64,000 nucleotides of DNA, taken from positions 8,510 to 72,509 of the forward strand of contig DYDB01000006.1 in the NCBI GenBank assembly GCA_020718085.1. Reading direction: 5' to 3'. This DNA comes from Micavibrio sp. (lineage in GTDB: Bacteria > Patescibacteriota > Minisyncoccia > Moranbacterales > GCA-2747515). The stretch's first letter is position 1; every line of letters starts with the position of its first letter. The notes under the pieces are model-generated. The model had not been told where the DNA came from. It did no database searches and saw only the letters and a program-made list of their open reading frames with translations. The translations under genes and the position numbers were made by a program. Below, piece by piece: positions 49,797 to 59,845 of this stretch.

Positions 49797-51797
49797 ATGT
49801 TAGGACAATATATTGTTTTTGGGATCATATTCTATTTTTTGAGCTTATTTCTATCTGGCGTTCTGGTGTTTATTGACCGTACGTTCATCAATGCAGCATG
49901 GCTTTTCGTTGTCTCTAACATTGTGGGATTTATTTCGGGTGTCTTGTATTTTGTTGGTTTTTTTGGATATAATATTACAATCGCGCATTTTGATTGGTTT
50001 TTTCAATTTTCACCACATATCGCATCTCTTTCTGCGATCTTTTTTACATTGATCAGCGGGGTTTCCGCGGTTGTGGGTGTGTATAGTGTGCGATATTTGA
50101 CCATCTACGAAAAAACGTATGATCCGCGGTCTGTACTGTTTTTGATGGCATTTTTTGTATTGGGCATGCAGGGAGTGATTGTCGCCAATAATGCATTTTC
50201 ATTTTTATTCTTTTGGGAATTGATGTCCATCTCATCATTTTTTCTTGTTCTTGTTGATCGTACGCAAAAATCAATTTCAGCAGCGTTTTTATATTTCATC
50301 ATGACGCATCTGGGAGCGTCAGCAATCTTGGGTGGATTCTTGATCTTGGGAAACGGTTCTTTTCTTTTTGAACTTTCAGGCATGTATGATGCAGCACAGA
50401 CATTGTCACCAGCGCTTCGCAATACGGCATTTCTTCTTTTCATTTTTGGATTTGGTTCAAAGGCTGGACTCGTACCATTTCACATCTGGCTCCCGGAGGC
50501 GCATCCTCAGGCACCAAGTAATATTTCTGCACTGATGAGCGGGCTGATGTTGAAGATCGCAATATACGGTTTTACAATGATCATACTCGCAATGGGGCAG
50601 ATGCCCGTATGGATCGCTCTGATCGTGTTATTTTTGGGAATGTTGTCCAGTATCGTGGGAGCACTTTATGCTGTTGTCGAGAGGGATATGAAACGTGCAT
50701 TTGCATACAGCAGTATTGAAAACATGGGAATTATCTTTTCCATGTTTGGACTGGCGTTGTATTTCTTTGCACAAGATGCTTCGATGGCTACATTAATGAT
50801 CGGAGTGAGCATAATTGCATTTGCTCTATTTCATGCAGTAAGTCACGCGCTTTTTAAAACGGCGCTCTTTCTTAGCAGTGGTGTTGTGATCAGTCGTACG
50901 CATACGAAGAGTCTTGATGCGATGGGAGGACTTGCAAAAATCATGCCGATTTTCACTGTTGGCTTTCTTGTGGTGACATTGAGCGCTTTGCCAATCCCTC
51001 CATTTGGTACATTTTACGGAGAATGGGGTTTTGTGCAGAATATCATTTTTGCAATGCGAGATATGATCATGGAACCAAAGACAATTGTGTTGCTACTTGG
51101 CACATTGATCGTGACAGGTCTGGTAAGTGGTTTGGCAATTTTTGCGATGATCCGTATTTTTAGCTTGTCGATGCTCGGGTTATCACATGATCCACGAAGA
51201 CCACATCGTGATGAAAGAATGGATCATCTTCTCATTATGCCAATTATCGTTTTGGGCATTACTGTTCTTGTGTGTGGTTTTTTTGCGAGCACGATCGTTG
51301 ATACATTGACTTTTGCGGTATATACAACTGGTGGATATGCGCGAGATATAACAGTAAATATAGCGCCGCATATGGACATGATGGTTGGTGTGGGGACAGT
51401 TTTGTGTTTTTTTGTGGGAGCGGCAATTTATATGTGGATCAAAAAAAATACACGAATGCGTGCATACCATACATGGGATTGTGGACAACCGATTGACGCG
51501 ACAATGCAATACAGTGCAACTGCGTTTTGTGCCCCGATCAGATTTTTTTTCCTTACATTTATCGGGCGTAAAAAGGTCATGTCTTCACAACCAATCATAC
51601 AATCGAACCCGTGGATCGTAAAGAATACATTTGCGTTATCCATACGATCGAAATGGAGTGATATATTCTATGATCCAATTGCAAAAATTCTGCTTTTCAT
51701 TGCTGATCGGATTCGTTTTGTACAAAATGGACGTATTCAATATTACATTCTTTTTCTCTTTCTTGCGTTAATTCTTACTCTTATATTTGTGTTATGA
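49797..51797 (+). CDS. HyfB/NuoL-like antiporter-type membrane subunit
   Basis: FWELMS, KAGLVPFHIWLPEAHPQAPSNISALMSG, AYSSIENMG, HALFKTALF and TWDCG...MQYSA. Confidence 0.9.
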   Translation: MLGQYIVFGIIFYFLSLFLSGVLVFIDRTFINAAWLFVVSNIVGFISGVLYFVGFFGYNITIAHFDWFFQFSPHIASLSAIFFTLISGVSAVVGVYSVRYLTIYEKTYDPRSVLFLMAFFVLGMQGVIVANNAFSFLFFWELMSISSFFLVLVDRTQKSISAAFLYFIMTHLGASAILGGFLILGNGSFLFELSGMYDAAQTLSPALRNTAFLLFIFGFGSKAGLVPFHIWLPEAHPQAPSNISALMSGLMLKIAIYGFTMIILAMGQMPVWIALIVLFLGMLSSIVGALYAVVERDMKRAFAYSSIENMGIIFSMFGLALYFFAQDASMATLMIGVSIIAFALFHAVSHALFKTALFLSSGVVISRTHTKSLDAMGGLAKIMPIFTVGFLVVTLSALPIPPFGTFYGEWGFVQNIIFAMRDMIMEPKTIVLLLGTLIVTGLVSGLAIFAMIRIFSLSMLGLSHDPRRPHRDERMDHLLIMPIIVLGITVLVCGFFASTIVDTLTFAVYTTGGYARDITVNIAPHMDMMVGVGTVLCFFVGAAIYMWIKKNTRMRAYHTWDCGQPIDATMQYSATAFCAPIRFFFLTFIGRKKVMSSQPIIQSNPWIVKNTFALSIRSKWSDIFYDPIAKILLFIADRIRFVQNGRIQYYILFLFLALILTLIFVL

Positions 51798-53395
51798 ATT
51801 CCTTAATAGCCATTTCTATACAGATCATATTTGTTTTGTTGGTTGCACCGTTTGCATCTGGTATGGTTCGGTTTGTAAAAGCGCGCTTACAAGGAAGGCA
51901 TGGTGCGTCACCATTTCTTCCATATATAACATTATTAACTTTGATGCGTAAAGAGATGGTTGTATCATCTGCAACATCGTGGATATTTCACGTTGTGCCA
52001 TTTGTGGTTTTGGGAAGCACATTTGCTTTAGCGTGTATTGTGCCAACGATCTTTGTAGGAACATCAGTTGCAAATGTGAGTGATTTTTTGGTTGTGGCAG
52101 GCATACTGATCATTGGCTCAGTTTTCTTGGTCATGGGTGGTTTGGATACGGGAAGTGCGTTCGGTGGTATGGGCTCAAGTCGTGAGATGACAATTGCCGC
52201 GTTGTTGGAACCAGTGATCATTATGGTTTTTGCGACACTGAGTTTTGTAACGGGAACGTCAACAATTGATGGTATGTTACAACAACAATTGAGTTTTGCG
52301 GATCCGTATTTGTTTTTAATTATTGGCGCTCTTGGACTTGTTGCATTGGCGGAAAACGCACGATATCCTGTAGATAATCCTGCAACACATTTGGAATTAA
52401 CAATGGTACATGAGGCAATGATCTTGGAATATTCCGGTGCGTATCTGGCTTTGTTGGAGTATGCAGCAGCAATTAAGTTAACAATCTTTTCTCTCCTTAT
52501 TGCAAACTTTGCTTTTCCTCAGACGATGCTCAGTGGTTCTTTGGAGGGTGGTATCGCAGCTGTTGGTGTGGGAATGGTTTATGCCACAGTAAAGATCATT
52601 GTAGTGATGATCGGTTTGGCTTTTGTAGAATCTTTACTGGTAAAAATGCGATTCTATCGTATGTCTGAATATTTTTCTATTGCTTTTGTTGTAGCATTGT
52701 TGGGCATGATCGTTGCTCTTTTTTCCCAACATGCCGGAGTATCGATGCAATATCATGTGCTTTTCTCGCTGTGTACGATCATTTGCATCGTCTTATTATT
52801 TGGACGCGTGCGTCTCAAGGCTATGTTGCGATACTATGCAATCTCTTCTTTTGCGATTGCAGGTATCGCGTGGGGATTATTACCACTTGTAGTGGAGGAA
52901 GAAAGGATTCATTTGTGGATATTTGCTCTTTTCACAATTGTGACAAAAACATTCGCAGTACCATATGTGATCAATCATGCGGGGCATGTGAAGAAAAGTC
53001 TCACAAACCTCCCATCGTTTTTACGACCGGGGAAAAGTTATTTTCTAGCGGTTATTCTTCTTATGATCACATACTTTGTTTTGAATGAAGTGTCTATTAC
53101 GGGTCTCATTAAATGGAATTCTTTACTTTATGCATCTGTTGCCTCAATTGTTCTTGGCATTGCTCTGATGATCATTAAGAGAAATATTTTTTCGCAAATC
53201 ATCGGATTATTGATCATAGAAAATGGAATCGCAATTTTTGTGTTGGCAACAGTTGGTTCATTGCCAGTGATGATCGAATTTGGCATTTTTGCCGTGACAG
53301 TGGCAACTGCATACATTTTGGCATTGTTGAGTGCACAGATCAATGAACTGTATGGTAGTACTGATACGGAAGACCTGCGAGAACTGATCGAGTAA
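51794..53395 (+). CDS. Fused HyfC (NuoH-like) and HyfE-like membrane subunit
   Basis: N-part KARLQGR.G, GSAFGGMGSSRE and AENARYPVD...ELTMVHEAM.LEYSG; C-part QIIGLLIIENGI...E. Confidence 0.85.
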   Translation: MNSLIAISIQIIFVLLVAPFASGMVRFVKARLQGRHGASPFLPYITLLTLMRKEMVVSSATSWIFHVVPFVVLGSTFALACIVPTIFVGTSVANVSDFLVVAGILIIGSVFLVMGGLDTGSAFGGMGSSREMTIAALLEPVIIMVFATLSFVTGTSTIDGMLQQQLSFADPYLFLIIGALGLVALAENARYPVDNPATHLELTMVHEAMILEYSGAYLALLEYAAAIKLTIFSLLIANFAFPQTMLSGSLEGGIAAVGVGMVYATVKIIVVMIGLAFVESLLVKMRFYRMSEYFSIAFVVALLGMIVALFSQHAGVSMQYHVLFSLCTIICIVLLFGRVRLKAMLRYYAISSFAIAGIAWGLLPLVVEEERIHLWIFALFTIVTKTFAVPYVINHAGHVKKSLTNLPSFLRPGKSYFLAVILLMITYFVLNEVSITGLIKWNSLLYASVASIVLGIALMIIKRNIFSQIIGLLIIENGIAIFVLATVGSLPVMIEFGIFAVTVATAYILALLSAQINELYGSTDTEDLRELIE

Positions 53396-53414
53396 TTTCT
53401 TATCTTATTTTATT

Positions 53415-54890
53415 ATGATCATTATATTATTAACATTGTTCATTCTCACAGCAATTGGTGCGTGGTTTGGACGTAATGCAAAAAATGTGCGCACTGTCAG
53501 TGTATTTTTAGCCGCGTTAAGTAGCATTATGCTCGTACTGGCTGCATGGTCACCAGTAATGTATGGACAGATCGCGCGATATGGATCATGGTGGACGATT
53601 GATGGTTTTTCGGGTCTCATGATCATATTGATCGCATGCGTATACATGGCCACTGTTGCGATTAGCGTGCGATATATCGGTCATGAATTGGCAAGTCAAA
53701 TCATTTCTTTCAATCAGTATCGGTTGTATTTTACATTACTTCCGATCTTTGCTTTGTGTATGGTGATCACTGTACTTACCAATAACTCTCTGGTGTTATG
53801 GCTTGCATTGGAAGGAACAACACTTTTTTCAACATTTCTTGTAGGTCTGTACCGTAAAAAAACAAGCATTGAAGCAGCATGGAAATACATGATCCTTTGC
53901 TCAACGGGCATTAGTATTGGTTTAGTTGGTATTTTGTTATTGAGCTATGGTGTGCATGACAGCGAAATTCGTGGAGGTGAAATGTTCTTGATCAGCACAT
54001 TAGTGGAACATGCACAACTGATCCCAGAAAATATTATAAAACTTTCTTTCGTCCTGCTCTTTATTGGTTTTGGAACAAAGGTGGGTCTGGTTCCAATGCA
54101 TACATGGTTACCCGATGCACATAGTAAAGCACCATCTCCAATTTCTGCTATTTTTTCGGCGGTATTGCTCAATGTTGCACTTTATGCAATTATCCGTTTC
54201 AAATACATTGCGGATGTATCCTTTGGAAATGCAGAATGGACGAGTCAGTTATTTGTGATATTTGGATGCATCTCAGTATTTTTGGCTGCACTTATGATGC
54301 TCATTCAACAAAATTATAAACGCATGTTGGCATATTCCAGTATTGAACACATGGGACTTATACTTTTTGCGATCGGACTTTCTCCATTTGGCGCAATTGC
54401 TGCTGTGATGCATATGATCGGACACACATTTGCTAAGTCAGCACTTTTTTTTGGTGCTGGTGAGATCCTGATCCGTTGGAAAACGACAAAGATCCCAAAA
54501 ATTGCCAATATGTATGTGCAAGCGCCGTATACAAGCATTCTTTTTATCATTGCAATCTTGGGCATTATTGCAATCCCACCATCAGCACTTTTTGTGAGTG
54601 AGTACGGTATGTTTGCGCAGGCGATCATCATGTATCCAAAAACTACATTAGCACTTTTTGTTGCTCTGGCTGTGATCGCTTATGCGATGCTCTCTCTCAC
54701 GATCACGATGGTCTTTCATGAGGATGAGAGTAAGATAAATGGAAGTATCAAGAAGGAGTCATGGAATATTACACATACAGTGATCGTGATCGAACTGGTC
54801 ATAATTGTGATCTTTGCAATGTGGTTTACAACAACACAGGGTTCTGACGTGATCAACAATATCGTTAATAGTTTTTTGTTTATAAAATAA
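53415..54890 (+). CDS. HyfF-like antiporter-type membrane subunit
   Basis: W.ALEGTTL, EAAWKY, GTKVGLVPMHTWLPDAHS.APSPISA and KRMLAYSSIEHMG. Confidence 0.9.
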   Translation: MIIILLTLFILTAIGAWFGRNAKNVRTVSVFLAALSSIMLVLAAWSPVMYGQIARYGSWWTIDGFSGLMIILIACVYMATVAISVRYIGHELASQIISFNQYRLYFTLLPIFALCMVITVLTNNSLVLWLALEGTTLFSTFLVGLYRKKTSIEAAWKYMILCSTGISIGLVGILLLSYGVHDSEIRGGEMFLISTLVEHAQLIPENIIKLSFVLLFIGFGTKVGLVPMHTWLPDAHSKAPSPISAIFSAVLLNVALYAIIRFKYIADVSFGNAEWTSQLFVIFGCISVFLAALMMLIQQNYKRMLAYSSIEHMGLILFAIGLSPFGAIAAVMHMIGHTFAKSALFFGAGEILIRWKTTKIPKIANMYVQAPYTSILFIIAILGIIAIPPSALFVSEYGMFAQAIIMYPKTTLALFVALAVIAYAMLSLTITMVFHEDESKINGSIKKESWNITHTVIVIELVIIVIFAMWFTTTQGSDVINNIVNSFLFIK

Positions 54891-54908
54891 GTGGGATGCA
54901 TGTGATCT

Positions 54909-56489
54909 ATGATCATGCACAATAAGAATATGGATATCAAAGAAATCAGCAATCGTTTTCAAAACATGACAATAGTTTCTGTGGATGAAAGTCTCATGTG
55001 TGTTCGTGTCTCACGTGAGGATCTTGCACATGTCATCACATCTCTTGTAGAAGAAGGTCAGGCGCAACTATCATCTCTTTTTGCCACAGACGATCGACAA
55101 GAACAAGGTGTATTTGGTGTACATGCGATTTGCAGCATATACGATGTACCTCAGCGAATGATGATCTCTATTTCCATTCCTGCTGATGATCCACAATATC
55201 CATCGATCACACAAACGGTTATGGCTGCGCATTGGTATGAACGTTATATGAGGGATATGTTTGGTATTGAACCTGTTGGACATCCAGATTTGCGACGATT
55301 GGTGCATCATGAAAATGTGCCAGAAAATATTCATCCACTCAGAAAAGATTTTGCATGGAATACGAAAATGCCAAAAGCAAACATCGCATATCCGATGCAC
55401 CATATAAAGGGAGAGGGTATATTTGAAATTCCTGTCGGACCGATTCATGCAGGTATCATTGAGCCGGGACACTTTCGTTTCAATGTGGCAGGGGAACGCA
55501 TTCTTACACTAGAGGGCAAGTTATTTTTTACACACAAGGGTGTAGAAAAATTGGTGGAAAACAAGAAACCTATTGATGCGTTACCCTTTATTGAAAGATT
55601 GTCTGGAGACATGAGTGCTGCACATGCACTTGCATATGTGGAGGCTGTGGAAAAGATCGGGCAATGTCATGTATCAAAACGAGCACAGATGTTGCGTGCG
55701 ATCATCACGGAATGTGAGCGTATCACAATGCATATACATGACCTTGCAAATATCGGCGGCATGGGAACAGGATACAGTTTTATTGCGGCGAATGGATTTC
55801 GTATCAAAGAACGTATGATGCGTTTGTCAGATGAGCTATGTGGTAATCGTTTTTGGCGGGGCGTTATCACAATTGGCGGCATGACAAGGGATTGGACTAC
55901 AGATGAACTTGATCATGTAGTTGCGACCTCTTATGAAGCATGGCAAGAAATTGCACATATTGTATCTTTGGCATTGGACAGTGAAGGATTCCTGGATCGT
56001 TTACAGTATACGGGGGAATTGCCATACGAGGCGGCGCAGGCGTTTGGGGCTGTTGGATTACCTGCACGTGCTTCTGGTGTGGATCGTGATGTGCGCAGAG
56101 ATTATCCATATGCATCATATACAGACTTTCCGGTAACGGTGATCAAAAAGAAAAGTAGCGATGTGTTTGCGCGATACCGTATGCGTATCTTAGAAATTGA
56201 ACAATCTATTGCGTTGATTAAAACACTTGTAGCAGAAATTGCGGACGGAGAGGTTATGACATCATGTGAACCGAAAAATGGCCTTGCTATTGGTTCAGTG
56301 GAGTCATGGAGGGGTGAAATTATTTGTGTGGTACGCATAAATAATGGCGTGATCGACAGATGTTTTCCACGTGATCCGTCTTTTTGTAATTGGGCGCTTT
56401 TTGGTATTATGGGGCCTGGTAATATTGTGCCGGATTTTCCACTAATTAATAAAAGTTTAAATCTCTCCTATTCGGGAACGGATCTATAG
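54909..56489 (+). CDS. HyfG/HycE-like large subunit (NuoC+NuoD fusion) without NiFe-binding motifs (Ehr type)
   Basis: WYER...DMFG....GHPD.R, VGPIHAGIIEPGHFRF and HKG.EK; ERLSGD replaces RxCGxC; the C-terminus DFPLINKSLNLSYSGTDL replaces DPCxxC. Confidence 0.9.
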   Translation: MIMHNKNMDIKEISNRFQNMTIVSVDESLMCVRVSREDLAHVITSLVEEGQAQLSSLFATDDRQEQGVFGVHAICSIYDVPQRMMISISIPADDPQYPSITQTVMAAHWYERYMRDMFGIEPVGHPDLRRLVHHENVPENIHPLRKDFAWNTKMPKANIAYPMHHIKGEGIFEIPVGPIHAGIIEPGHFRFNVAGERILTLEGKLFFTHKGVEKLVENKKPIDALPFIERLSGDMSAAHALAYVEAVEKIGQCHVSKRAQMLRAIITECERITMHIHDLANIGGMGTGYSFIAANGFRIKERMMRLSDELCGNRFWRGVITIGGMTRDWTTDELDHVVATSYEAWQEIAHIVSLALDSEGFLDRLQYTGELPYEAAQAFGAVGLPARASGVDRDVRRDYPYASYTDFPVTVIKKKSSDVFARYRMRILEIEQSIALIKTLVAEIADGEVMTSCEPKNGLAIGSVESWRGEIICVVRINNGVIDRCFPRDPSFCNWALFGIMGPGNIVPDFPLINKSLNLSYSGTDL

Positions 56490-56584
56490 TTTTTCGTGCG
56501 TAAGCACATTAGTAGGGCGTGTATAGTTCTTTATCATGGCAATAAGTAGTTCATTAAAATATATACAACAGCGAGGATTGATTC

Positions 56585-57496
56585 ATGTATGATCAAAATG
56601 GAAAAAAAATTGTGGCTACGGTACCTTTTTTTGATGGTGAATGTAATGCAATTGTTGCAATGCCGATCAGTTTTAATTTTATGGATGAAATGATTGGTTG
56701 TACACGAGTTGCATTGGGTATGAAGAGATTTGATCTCTTGGGTATCCCTGGATTTTCCAAGAGAGTATCTCTTGATAGTAAAACTGTTTTGGATACGATC
56801 ACACTCGCAGTTACAAAACACCTTGTTCGTGACATTGTGATATTTCAGCACATGGATTTTCACAATGATGGTAATTCGACACGATTTGTGAGTAGGCTTG
56901 ATGAGGACTATTATCATAAAAGGATCCTTATTGATGCAGCACAGAAGATCAAAACGCTATATCCAGAAATAAATGTGGCATTGATCTATGCAAGGATTGT
57001 AAAAAGCAAGAGCGAGATTGAGTTTTCCAAGATCTTCCAAAGTGGTAATGAAGAAGTGTGTCTGCGCACTCCGTTTCTTTTTGGGAAGGTGAATACATGT
57101 GGAAATACGGTTATACAATGTTTGGATTATCGATTCAGGGCAGAAACACGACAATGTATTCAAAATGCCTTTGGCGTCGAACATTTCAATATCATCGGTC
57201 TTCCTGGATCTACAAAATCGTTTTTGGAGGGAAGCATGACTGCGTGGAAGGGAATTAAAATGTCCTATGAAAAACATGGTTGTCGGAGGTTTTTCATCGT
57301 TCATCATGAGGATTGTGGTGCATATGGAAGTTCCAGATCTTTTGTCAATCCTGAAAAGGAAGAAGCCTTTCACAATGTACAATTGTGTGCAATGAGAGAT
57401 CGACTTGTAAAAATGTACACAGATGTTGACGTTATACTGATCTATGCAAAGCTCATTGGCACAACAAATCGAATGATCCAATTCATTGTTGTATGA
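56585..57496 (+). CDS. Tandem two-domain beta-carbonic-anhydrase-like protein
   Basis: Second domain has QCLDYRF and HHEDCGAYG. The first domain is a recognisable repeat (IPG, YH...L...K...YP...V.LIYA) with degenerate ligands (PISFNF, HMDFH). Confidence 0.72.
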   Translation: MYDQNGKKIVATVPFFDGECNAIVAMPISFNFMDEMIGCTRVALGMKRFDLLGIPGFSKRVSLDSKTVLDTITLAVTKHLVRDIVIFQHMDFHNDGNSTRFVSRLDEDYYHKRILIDAAQKIKTLYPEINVALIYARIVKSKSEIEFSKIFQSGNEEVCLRTPFLFGKVNTCGNTVIQCLDYRFRAETRQCIQNAFGVEHFNIIGLPGSTKSFLEGSMTAWKGIKMSYEKHGCRRFFIVHHEDCGAYGSSRSFVNPEKEEAFHNVQLCAMRDRLVKMYTDVDVILIYAKLIGTTNRMIQFIVV

Positions 57497-57509
57497 TACA
57501 TGTGTTACA

Positions 57510-57540
57510 ATAGGAGATCTCTAATTTAGAGATCTCCTAT
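57510..57540. terminator. Perfect palindrome, probable end of the Ehr/CA transcript
   Basis: ataggagatctcta-att-tagagatctcctat; only a weak T-tract follows. Confidence 0.5.
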
Positions 57541-57633
57541 CTTCATATATTCTTATTTGATCGCATGCGGTATAATCAATAGGGTATGAAGATGTTGCGA
57601 TGGTTTTTTGTATGAATTTAAACAATACGTATT

Positions 57634-58098
57634 ATGTTTACAATTGGTGCATTCGGTGTGATCATTAACAAAAATAATGAAGTTCTTTTGTGTCACCGGC
57701 GAGATAAGGACATCTGGGATATTCCTGGTGGTATGGTGGAACGCGGTGAATCTCCATGGGAGGGTGCTGTGAGAGAGATAAAAGAAGAGGTTGGGCTTGA
57801 TATTGAGATCGTGCGATTGGTTGGTGTGTATAGCAAAAAAAAGAAAAATGATGTGATATTTTCTTTTTTATGCAAAATTTGTGGTGGTGAGATCTCGTTA
57901 ACAGATGAGGCAGATGAGATCGCGTATTTTTCCATAGATGATCTGCCAAAAAATTTATCACCAAAACATGTAGAGCGAATTATGGATGCGACACAAGGTG
58001 CTGCACGCACTCTTTTGAAAATACAAAGTGATTTATCCGGATGGGATTTAGTGCAACGTGCATATAAAAAAGAAAAAAGTGATATAGGTTCTATATGA
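57634..58098 (+). CDS. NUDIX hydrolase
   Basis: Nudix box GGMVERGESPWEGAVREIKEEVGL. Confidence 0.93.
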   Translation: MFTIGAFGVIINKNNEVLLCHRRDKDIWDIPGGMVERGESPWEGAVREIKEEVGLDIEIVRLVGVYSKKKKNDVIFSFLCKICGGEISLTDEADEIAYFSIDDLPKNLSPKHVERIMDATQGAARTLLKIQSDLSGWDLVQRAYKKEKSDIGSI

Positions 58099-58400
58099 GC
58101 AAAAATCATCGCAGCGGTGGAAAAATGGGTGGAAGGCACACAACGGTAATTGATGCGTCAAAACCGATTATTGATCATCTTCTCAAAAATCCTTATGTTA
58201 CAAATATTATTGCAGGGCGCATTAAAACTGGGATTGGAGCTGCTCCTCAAAGACTTAAATTACGCGAGGAATCGGGATGCTTGTTGATCACTGTTCGTGG
58301 TAGCGCAAGTATGCAAGAAATACGAGTCTTCTCTACAGAAATGCAGAAAGTTATTAATGATCTGCAAAATGAGTTCACGAAACTATGCAAGAAAAAATGA
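58095..58400 (+). CDS. DUF2103-like small protein
   Basis: K.GG.HTT.I, I..G.I and C-terminal R...S.QE..V. Confidence 0.55.
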   Translation: MSKNHRSGGKMGGRHTTVIDASKPIIDHLLKNPYVTNIIAGRIKTGIGAAPQRLKLREESGCLLITVRGSASMQEIRVFSTEMQKVINDLQNEFTKLCKKK

Positions 58401-58717
58401 TCTGTTATGGATAAAATATTCGTCACGGGTGCTTTTTTTGATGGTACATGATTGCAAGATCCATTAAAATGGTATAAATATTTGATGGATGCTTTAGCAA
58501 TATTTTATTCGTGACAATGTCCATTTGGAGGTGTTCTTGAAGAGGTGAAAAAATAGAAAAAACCATTAATTCAAGCCATTTTTTGGCATTTGTGCATAAC
58601 TTTTCATTGACTTTTTCGCTCATTTTAGTATACTTGGTTCTGCGTGTGTTTTTTATAGACACACTTCTTTGTTTCTTAGCAAGGAGCGAAGTGGGGGTTT
58701 TATTCGTAAAACAACTT

Positions 58718-59536
58718 ATGGTTATTAATGAAGAACCATCACTGATCAAGCGTCTACGTGTGGGGACGCTCAAGATGCTTAAAGCATCACTACATACAGT
58801 TCGTTTATATACAACAAAATATGCATATTTTGTGCTCACAGGTGTTACATTCATGATTGCCGGAAGTTTTTTTGTGTTTAATCACAGCACGGAGGCAATT
58901 GGTGATGAAATGCCTATCGCAGATCAAGAATTGCAACAGTACACAGCATGTGTTTTTAGCAAAAGTCTTATGGACACAGATGCAAATCAAGGCATAACTG
59001 TGGGTATTGATGAGGAATGTAAAAAGGCTAGTGCAAATGATGTGTTCGTTGAAACGGAAGAGGATTGGTTTGAGCAAGAGTTGAATGATATGCTCGCCGG
59101 TCACCCAATGGAGATCATGGCAGGATCGATCGCACAACAGGATAAAAAGGTTGCCGGTTTGATCGTGGGTATTGCAAGACAAGAAAGCCAATGGGGTATG
59201 CATGCACCATCAAAGGGCGGCGTGGATTGTTATAATTATTGGGGCTATAAATCTACAGGTACACGTGGGCAATCAATGGGATATGCGTGCTTTGGATCAC
59301 CTCAGGAAGCTGTGGAGGTTGTGGCAAAACGATTGGATCATTTTGTGTACGATGCACATCGTGATACACCAGCAAAGATGGTAACGCCATGGAAATGTGG
59401 CAATAGTTGCGCATCACATTCGCCGGAAAGTGTGCAAAGATGGGTGGGTACAGTGAGTACATATTTCAATCAAATTGTTGCATTGGATGTGCAAGACACA
59501 CAAATACAAAATACATTATTATCTTTCAATAAATAG
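58718..59536 (+). CDS. Membrane-anchored lysozyme/glucosaminidase-like domain protein, paralogue of 46482-47795
   Basis: GHPME.M...IARQESQWG..CYNYWGY...CF.S...AV...WKCG..C..HS.ESV.RWVG.V. Confidence 0.55.
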   Translation: MVINEEPSLIKRLRVGTLKMLKASLHTVRLYTTKYAYFVLTGVTFMIAGSFFVFNHSTEAIGDEMPIADQELQQYTACVFSKSLMDTDANQGITVGIDEECKKASANDVFVETEEDWFEQELNDMLAGHPMEIMAGSIAQQDKKVAGLIVGIARQESQWGMHAPSKGGVDCYNYWGYKSTGTRGQSMGYACFGSPQEAVEVVAKRLDHFVYDAHRDTPAKMVTPWKCGNSCASHSPESVQRWVGTVSTYFNQIVALDVQDTQIQNTLLSFNK

Positions 59537-59541
59537 AATTT

Positions 59542-59572
59542 AAAAAAAGATGCTCTTTCGAGCATCTTTTTT
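59542..59572 (+). terminator. Intrinsic terminator
   Basis: aaaaaagatgctc-tttc-gagcatctttttt. Confidence 0.75.
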
Positions 59573-59845
59573 GTTTTGTATATTTGGACGAAGATCAAAA
59601 AAAATATACAATAGAGATAAGACATAAGGAGATAGCGAGGAAAATAGTCTGAAATAATTATTTAATGATCAATTTTCAATTTACAATGAATTTTCAATGT
59701 CTTAATTATTCAATATGGTGAAACTTGTGAAAATGGGATATTGATTGTAAATTTATCATTGGAAATTAAATTATGTTAGACAGAGTACTATTTTCAAATG
59801 TGATGTCTGTGGAAGTTAATACATTAATGGGCAACATTGCAATAT

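Noticed and set aside
49242-56489. Functional NiFe hydrogenase 4 / formate hydrogenlyase
   Set aside because: Both NiFe CxxC motifs are missing from the large subunit, the small subunit lacks its Fe-S cysteines, and no maturation or formate dehydrogenase genes are in the window.
59665-59770. Short caatt/aattg-type repeats forming a loose inverted arrangement
   Set aside because: Too degenerate and AT-rich to distinguish from background by eye, and there is no associated gene.
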